DNA from: Ignavibacteriota bacterium
Lineage (GTDB): Bacteria; Bacteroidota; Ignavibacteria; UBA10030
Length of the DNA: 64,000 bases
NCBI GenBank assembly: GCA_963727825.1
Contig: CAVSHO010000001.1
Span: 84,926-148,925, forward strand
Direction of reading: 5' to 3'
Below, one piece after another: positions 59,004-64,000 of the stretch. The notes beneath the pieces were generated by a model. It had not been told where the DNA came from and did no database searches. It saw nothing but the letters and a program-made list of their open reading frames with translations. The translations under genes were made by a program, and so were the position numbers. Every line of letters starts with the position of its first letter. Position 1 is the first letter of the stretch.

Positions 59004-60447
59004 AAATGCAAACCTCCGTTGTAAATTAGCTAAAGACTTAAACTTTGAATTTCGGTTCGATGCCGAGTATTACAGGGCTGAAATCCTAAAGAATATCAGA
59101 TTGCTAGATAAAAAAGAAAACGCTGTACTAAGCTGATCTTGCATATTTTGTAATAGGGCCTTTCGGTTCTACCGTAACAGTAGATCAGTATGTGCCAGTC
59201 TCAAATTATAGATATGTAAGAAATAGGGATATAAATGATTTTCAAATCAAGCGATAATGAACAAGCTTTTATACCTGAGCAAGTTTACAGGGCACTACCT
59301 CAATTCCACATTAAAGAAAATGACTTGTTAATTACAGTTGTTGGTATCTTTGGGTAAAGTGGCTATCGCTACACAAAAAAATGATTCATCAATATTCAGC
59401 TGTAAAAGCACGATCATCCGAATTAAAAGGATCGATCCGCTTTATCTACTTGTCTATTTAAATTCAAACGTAGGACAGTTATTTGCTTTGCGTGGTGTAA
59501 GGGGTGCCATTCAACAAGGATTGAATCTGTCAGATTTGAAGGGAATCAAAGTCATTTATTCCGTCGGAAGATTTCCAAAAGACTATCCGAGCAAATGTTT
59601 CTAAGGCGTTTGTTATTAAACCGCGGAGGCAGAAAATCTTGAAGAATATAGCTCAAGCCGAGCAAATACTTCTTTCCGAATCTTGGTCTTTTATACTGGA
59701 ACCCAAAACATCGTCTTTCATTTATCAAGAATTTCTCCGACGCGCAGACCAGCAAGCGCATCGATGCCGAATATTTCCAGCCGATGTATGAGGAAGTGGT
59801 CAAATCGATCAAAGCATCAAAAAACCATTCCAAGTTGGGCGACATTGTTTCAATTAAAAAGTGCATTGAGCCGGGGAGCGAAGCATATCAAGATAGCGGT
59901 ATTCCATTTTTAAGAGTTAGCAATATTTCTAAGTTCGGAATTAATAATGACAATCAGCAATACGTTTCCGAGTTATTATACGAAAGTCTCAAAACGTACC
60001 AGCCAAAGAAAGGCGAAATTCTCTTATCAAAGGATGCTACGCCGGGAATTGCATATTACTTAAAAGATGCGCCGGGAAAAACGATTCCATCCGGCGGAAT
60101 ACTAAGGGTAACAGTAAAAGATACAAACTATGTTTATCGTGAATATCTTCACTTTAGTCTTGAATTCAACTATTGTTCAAAAACAAATCGAACGCGATGC
60201 GGGCGGATCAATAATCAATCACTGGCTTGTTGATCAAGTGAAAGATACTTTAATCCCAATTCTTCCCATATCAGTGCAAAAGAAGATTGCGGAAAAAGTT
60301 GATCAATCATTTTCTGATCGTAAGCAATCAAAGCAACTTCTTGACATCGCCAAGCGAGGTGTAGAAATTGCCATCGAGAAAAGCGAGGCAGAAGCAGAAA
60401 AGTGGATGAAGGCAGAAGAGAAAAAGATTGTAGAAGGAAAAGCCTAA
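58993..60447 (+). pseudogene. Restriction-modification specificity (S) subunit with two target-recognition halves, broken by at least six +1 frameshifts
   Basis: Conserved pieces are read across frames. Half 1: FRFDAEYYRAEIL, ADLAYFVIGPFGSTV, ITVVG-LGKVAIATQKN, GAIQQGLNLSDLKGIKV. Half 2: KRIDAEYFQPMYEEV, KLGDIVSIKK, SGIPFLRVSNI, ILLSKDATPG, GGSIINHW, LIPILPISVQKKIAEKV. Breaks are near 59130, 59253, 59345, 59558, 59678 and 60154. Confidence 0.8.
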
Positions 60448-60656
60448 TTGTCCAGTCACACTTAAATTCCACTCTCACATGAAGTATTATTGCAAATGGC
60501 ACTTTGTGAAAATATTTTATCTGGGGCTTTATGAATATTTGTTTTTCAGATTTTCTTTAAAAAACATGGTATTTGTCTTCTGAATTTCTCTCAAAAAATC
60601 AGTAAGTTATACACACTGAAAATTATTCTAGAGTTTTATATGAAAGGACTGGCGCT

Positions 60657-62213
60657 ATGGCGCACGAACCTTTTAAGAATGAACCGCTAACCGATTTTTC
60701 CAAACCGGCAAATCAGAAAGCGATGGAAACAGCATTAGCCAAAGTAAAGGCGATGCTTGGAAAAGAATATCATCTTGTTATCGGTAGTGAAGAAATCTGC
60801 ACTGACGACAAATTGAAATCTATAAATCCATCTCGGCCAAGCGAAGTGGTTGGAGTGTTCTCGAAAGCGAATCCTGATCTTGCAAATAAAGCGATCGAGA
60901 CTGCCACTGGAAAGTTTGAGGAATGGAAATGGACTGATCCGAAAAAGCGTGCCGATTACCTCTTCAAAGCCGCAAAGTTGATGCGCCAGCGGAAGCATGA
61001 ATTCAGCGCGGTAATGATTTACGAAGTCGGCAAGACGTGGCCTGAAGCCGATGCTGATACTGCGGAAGCAATCGACTTCCTCGAGTTTTATGCGCGAGAG
61101 ATGCTGCGCTATTCCGGTAAGCAGCCAATTACAAAGATTCCTGGTGAAAAAAGTGAAATGTGGTACATTCCGCTGGGAGTGGGTGTTATATTGCCGCCAT
61201 GGAATTTTGCGCTCGCAATTCTTACAGGTATGACATCAGCCGCTATCGTTACCGGCAATACCGTAGTACTAAAGACATCCAGCGATTCGCCGCTTACAGG
61301 TTGGATGTTTTTCAACTTGATGCGTGAGGTTGGATTACCCGCTGGTGTGATCAACTTTATGACTGGTTCCGGCGCTTCTATCGGTGACGTGCTTGTTGCG
61401 CATCCGAAAACGCGTTTCATTTCGTTCACAGGATCGAAGGAAGTCGGTATTCATATCAATGAACTTGCGGCAAAGGTTCAACCCGGACAAAAATGGCTCA
61501 AGCGCGTCATTGCAGAGATGGGCGGGAAAGATTCTATCATTATTGACAATCAAACTGATCTCAATGCGGCAGCACAAGCATCTCTTGTTTCGGCATTTGG
61601 TTTTCAGGGGCAAAAATGTTCAGCCGCTTCCCGCGCAATAGTAGTTGAGAAAGTTTACGATAAGTTTCTCGATATATTAAAAATAAAAGTTGATGAACTA
61701 AAAACCGGTCAATCGGATGATCCGGCAAATTATATGGGCCCGGTAGTCAATAAAGGTTCAGAAGAGAAAATTCTCTCGTACATCCAAAAAGGAATTCAAG
61801 AAGGCGGCCGGTTGATCTGCGGAGGCGGTAAAGCCGAAGGAGACGGATTTTTCATCAATCCGACAGTTATTGCCGATGTCGATCCTATTGGGACGATTTC
61901 GCAGGAAGAAATATTTGGCCCAGTACTTGCAGTTATTAAAGTTAAAGATTTCAATCAAGCCCTTGAAGTGGCAAACAATACAGAATTCGGTCTCACCGGC
62001 GGCGTCTGGACGAGGAATAGAAAAAAAATTGAAAAAGCGAAGGAGGTATTTCACGTTGGGAATTTTTATGTGAATCGAAAAATTACCGGAGCACTTGTTG
62101 GCGTGCATCCCTTCGGCGGATTTAATATGTCCGGTACGGATTCAAAAGCTGGCGGACGTGATTACTTATTGCTGCTTATGCAAGCAAAGGCTTTATCGGA
62201 AAAGATCAGATAA
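60657..62213 (+). CDS. pruA: L-glutamate gamma-semialdehyde (1-pyrroline-5-carboxylate) dehydrogenase
   Basis: 518-aa aldehyde dehydrogenase with IAEMGGKDS (catalytic Glu) and FGFQGQKCSAASR (catalytic Cys). The N-terminus FKNEPLTDFS is typical of P5C dehydrogenases. Confidence 0.85.
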   Translation: MAHEPFKNEPLTDFSKPANQKAMETALAKVKAMLGKEYHLVIGSEEICTDDKLKSINPSRPSEVVGVFSKANPDLANKAIETATGKFEEWKWTDPKKRADYLFKAAKLMRQRKHEFSAVMIYEVGKTWPEADADTAEAIDFLEFYAREMLRYSGKQPITKIPGEKSEMWYIPLGVGVILPPWNFALAILTGMTSAAIVTGNTVVLKTSSDSPLTGWMFFNLMREVGLPAGVINFMTGSGASIGDVLVAHPKTRFISFTGSKEVGIHINELAAKVQPGQKWLKRVIAEMGGKDSIIIDNQTDLNAAAQASLVSAFGFQGQKCSAASRAIVVEKVYDKFLDILKIKVDELKTGQSDDPANYMGPVVNKGSEEKILSYIQKGIQEGGRLICGGGKAEGDGFFINPTVIADVDPIGTISQEEIFGPVLAVIKVKDFNQALEVANNTEFGLTGGVWTRNRKKIEKAKEVFHVGNFYVNRKITGALVGVHPFGGFNMSGTDSKAGGRDYLLLLMQAKALSEKIR

Positions 62214-62291
62214 TATTTGTCGATTTTCGATCTTGTGATTTAGTGATCGAGAAGAATAAATCAGTAATTGTAAATTGGAAATAACTAAAAA

Positions 62292-62807
62292 ATGCCTGAA
62301 TACATAAAATGTGCTTACTGTAGTGAAGAAATAACGGCAGATAGCGATTTCTGTCCGCATTGTGGTACTTTGTTTGCGAAAGCCGGTACTGTGTTTTGTG
62401 ATTTGCATCCGCTGGAACACGGAGCAGGTATTTGTATTATCTGCCGCAAACTTTGTTGCGAAGAATGCGGTGCTAAGGTTCACGGACGGTTTTTATGTTC
62501 AGCACATCGAAAAGTTAGAGTGGAACAAGATTGGGTAGAAGTTTTTCGTTCGACAGAAATTTCCGATGCAGAGCTGGTGAAATCAGTTTTAGAATCAGCC
62601 GGGCATAAAGTGTTGGTGCAGAATTTTAATTCTATCGGATTTATCTGGGATGGCGGAGGTGATTCGCCAATCTCGCGCAGTAACATCAATAAGCCGGCGA
62701 AAGTATTTGTGCCAATTCCTGAATATTTGGATGCGATAGAAGAAATTGTGGATTGGAAATCATCGGAAACTAATATTGATGAAGTAGAATCTGGGCACCA
62801 GGATTGA
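62292..62807 (+). CDS. Zinc-ribbon / B-box-like Cys-rich protein with a DUF2007-like C-terminal domain
   Basis: 171 aa with CAYCSEE...CPHCG, then CDLHP...CIICRKLCCEECG...CSAH. The C-terminal region AELVKSVLESAGHKVLVQN resembles the small 'putative signal transducing' fold. Confidence 0.45.
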   Translation: MPEYIKCAYCSEEITADSDFCPHCGTLFAKAGTVFCDLHPLEHGAGICIICRKLCCEECGAKVHGRFLCSAHRKVRVEQDWVEVFRSTEISDAELVKSVLESAGHKVLVQNFNSIGFIWDGGGDSPISRSNINKPAKVFVPIPEYLDAIEEIVDWKSSETNIDEVESGHQD

Positions 62808-62825
62808 ACATAAGAGGAATTCACC

Positions 62826-63989
62826 ATGAAGATTCACGAATATCAAGGAAAAGAAGTCCTAAGAAAGTTTGGAGTTCCTGTTCCCAAAGGAGAAGTGGCA
62901 TTCACGATTGATGATGCTGTGAAAGCGGCTGAGAAAATCGGCGGAAGCATATGGGTTGTCAAAGCGCAAATTCAAGCTGGCGGACGCGGCAAAGGCGGCG
63001 GTGTTAAAATAGCTCGAAGTTTAGAAGAAGTTCGCGAGCGCGCCGGTGAAATTCTCGGCATGCGCCTCATTACGCATCAAACAGGACCGGAAGGGCGCAT
63101 CGTCCGTCGCTTACTTGTTGAGCAAGGGATGAATATTGCAAAGGAAATGTATGTAGGCATTACGCTGGATCGTCAGCGCTCGCAAAATGTTGTCATGGTC
63201 TCGACGGAAGGCGGAGTGGAGATTGAAAAGGTCGCTGTCGAAGCGCCGGATAAAATATTGAAAGAAACAATCAATCCTGTAATCGGATTTCAACAGTTTC
63301 AAGCTCGGACACTTTGCTTCGGCCTCGGGCTAACAGGCGATGCATTTAAAAACGGAGTCAAATTTTTATTAGCTCTCTACAAAGCATATGAAGCTACCGA
63401 TGCGTCTTTGGCTGAAATTAATCCGCTCGTCATTACGCAGGAAGGGCATGTCGTTGCGCTCGATGCTAAAATCAACTTTGATGACAACGCGCTTTTCCGC
63501 CATCCGGAATACGAGCAATTGCGCGATATTGATGAAGAAGAACCCCTTGAAGTGGAAGCCGCTGCATCCAATCTTAATTATATAAAACTCGATGGCAATG
63601 TCGGCTGTATGGTTAATGGTGCCGGGCTTGCAATGGCGACAATGGATATTATCAAGCTTGCGGGCGGAATGCCTGCGAACTTTCTTGATGTAGGCGGCGG
63701 CGCAAGCGCAGAGACGGTGGAAGCCGGATTTAAAATTATTTTGAAAGATGAGAATGTTAAAGCCATTCTTATTAATATTTTTGGTGGTATTGTACGTTGC
63801 GATCGTGTTGCGACTGGGGTTGTAGAAGCTGCGAAAAATATCGATGTGCAAGTTCCTATCGTCGTACGTCTCGCCGGAACGAACGCCGAACTCGCAGCTG
63901 AGATTTTGAAAAGCTCTGGATTAAAATTTCTTGTCGCTGGAACGTTAAAAGAAGCAGCAGAGAAAGTAACAAGTGCTATTGCGGCGTGA
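62826..63989 (+). CDS. sucC: Succinate-CoA ligase (ADP-forming) beta subunit
   Basis: 387 aa with MKIHEYQGKEVLRKFGVPVP, VVKAQIQAGGRGKGGGV, NGAGLAMATMD. An ATG at 63998 probably starts sucD, truncated by the window edge. Confidence 0.95.
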   Translation: MKIHEYQGKEVLRKFGVPVPKGEVAFTIDDAVKAAEKIGGSIWVVKAQIQAGGRGKGGGVKIARSLEEVRERAGEILGMRLITHQTGPEGRIVRRLLVEQGMNIAKEMYVGITLDRQRSQNVVMVSTEGGVEIEKVAVEAPDKILKETINPVIGFQQFQARTLCFGLGLTGDAFKNGVKFLLALYKAYEATDASLAEINPLVITQEGHVVALDAKINFDDNALFRHPEYEQLRDIDEEEPLEVEAAASNLNYIKLDGNVGCMVNGAGLAMATMDIIKLAGGMPANFLDVGGGASAETVEAGFKIILKDENVKAILINIFGGIVRCDRVATGVVEAAKNIDVQVPIVVRLAGTNAELAAEILKSSGLKFLVAGTLKEAAEKVTSAIAA

Positions 63990-64000
63990 AGAAAGTTATG

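Noticed and set aside
60497-60512. TGGCAC-tttgt-GAAA upstream of pruA.
   Set aside because: It has a perfect -24 half but no TTGC -12 element at the required spacing.
1-64000. CRISPR arrays, transposases, integrases, prophage genes, rRNA genes.
   Set aside because: I scanned both strands of the intergenic regions and the ORF list. I found no regularly spaced repeats and no recombinase or transposase-like translations.

Overview
The window reads as a gene-dense bacterial chromosome segment, about 55 genes, with no rRNA, tRNA, CRISPR array, transposase or integrase that I could recognise. Gene content (BatA-type gene, four-helix-bundle gene, REP-like palindromes) suggests an anaerobic member of the FCB group (Ignavibacteriota/Bacteroidota-like), but that is only an inference.

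Four blocks stand out:
1. **Hydrogenase island, about 1.1-27.8 kb.** It contains a PAS kinase plus a sigma-54 activator, followed by a perfect -24/-12 promoter. Next comes a group 3b (sulfhydrogenase-type) [NiFe]-hydrogenase operon with an embedded stand-alone cNMP-binding gene. This is followed by a YbaK-like gene, the maturation protease, a complete hdrCBA-mvhDGA cluster (heterodisulfide reductase plus group 3c hydrogenase), and hypF-hypC-hypD ... hypE interrupted by two large sensor-kinase ORFs.
2. **Histidine-utilisation block, 32.6-44.6 kb.** It uses the folate-dependent branch (hutH, hutU, hutI, glutamate formimidoyltransferase, cyclodeaminase). A receiver-kinase, a sigma-54 activator, a SixA-like phosphatase and a PF04008-like gene lie in the same gene string.
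3. **Housekeeping genes.** These are hflX, suhB, deoA, a Nudix gene, pyrE, murI, pruA and sucC.
4. **R-less restriction-modification-like locus, 55.9-60.4 kb.** It consists of a PD-(D/E)xK-domain/N6-adenine methyltransferase fusion, a DUF1016 nuclease cassette bracketed by a 43-nt direct repeat, and a heavily frameshifted specificity gene.

About 15 reading-frame breaks occur, in hypD, the sensor junction, the batA-like gene, mscS, murI and the S subunit. Every one I checked by hand is a +1 (one extra base) shift. This suggests insertion-type sequence errors rather than true gene decay, so the pseudogene calls are provisional. All calls rest on reading the translations and motifs by eye; no database search was possible.
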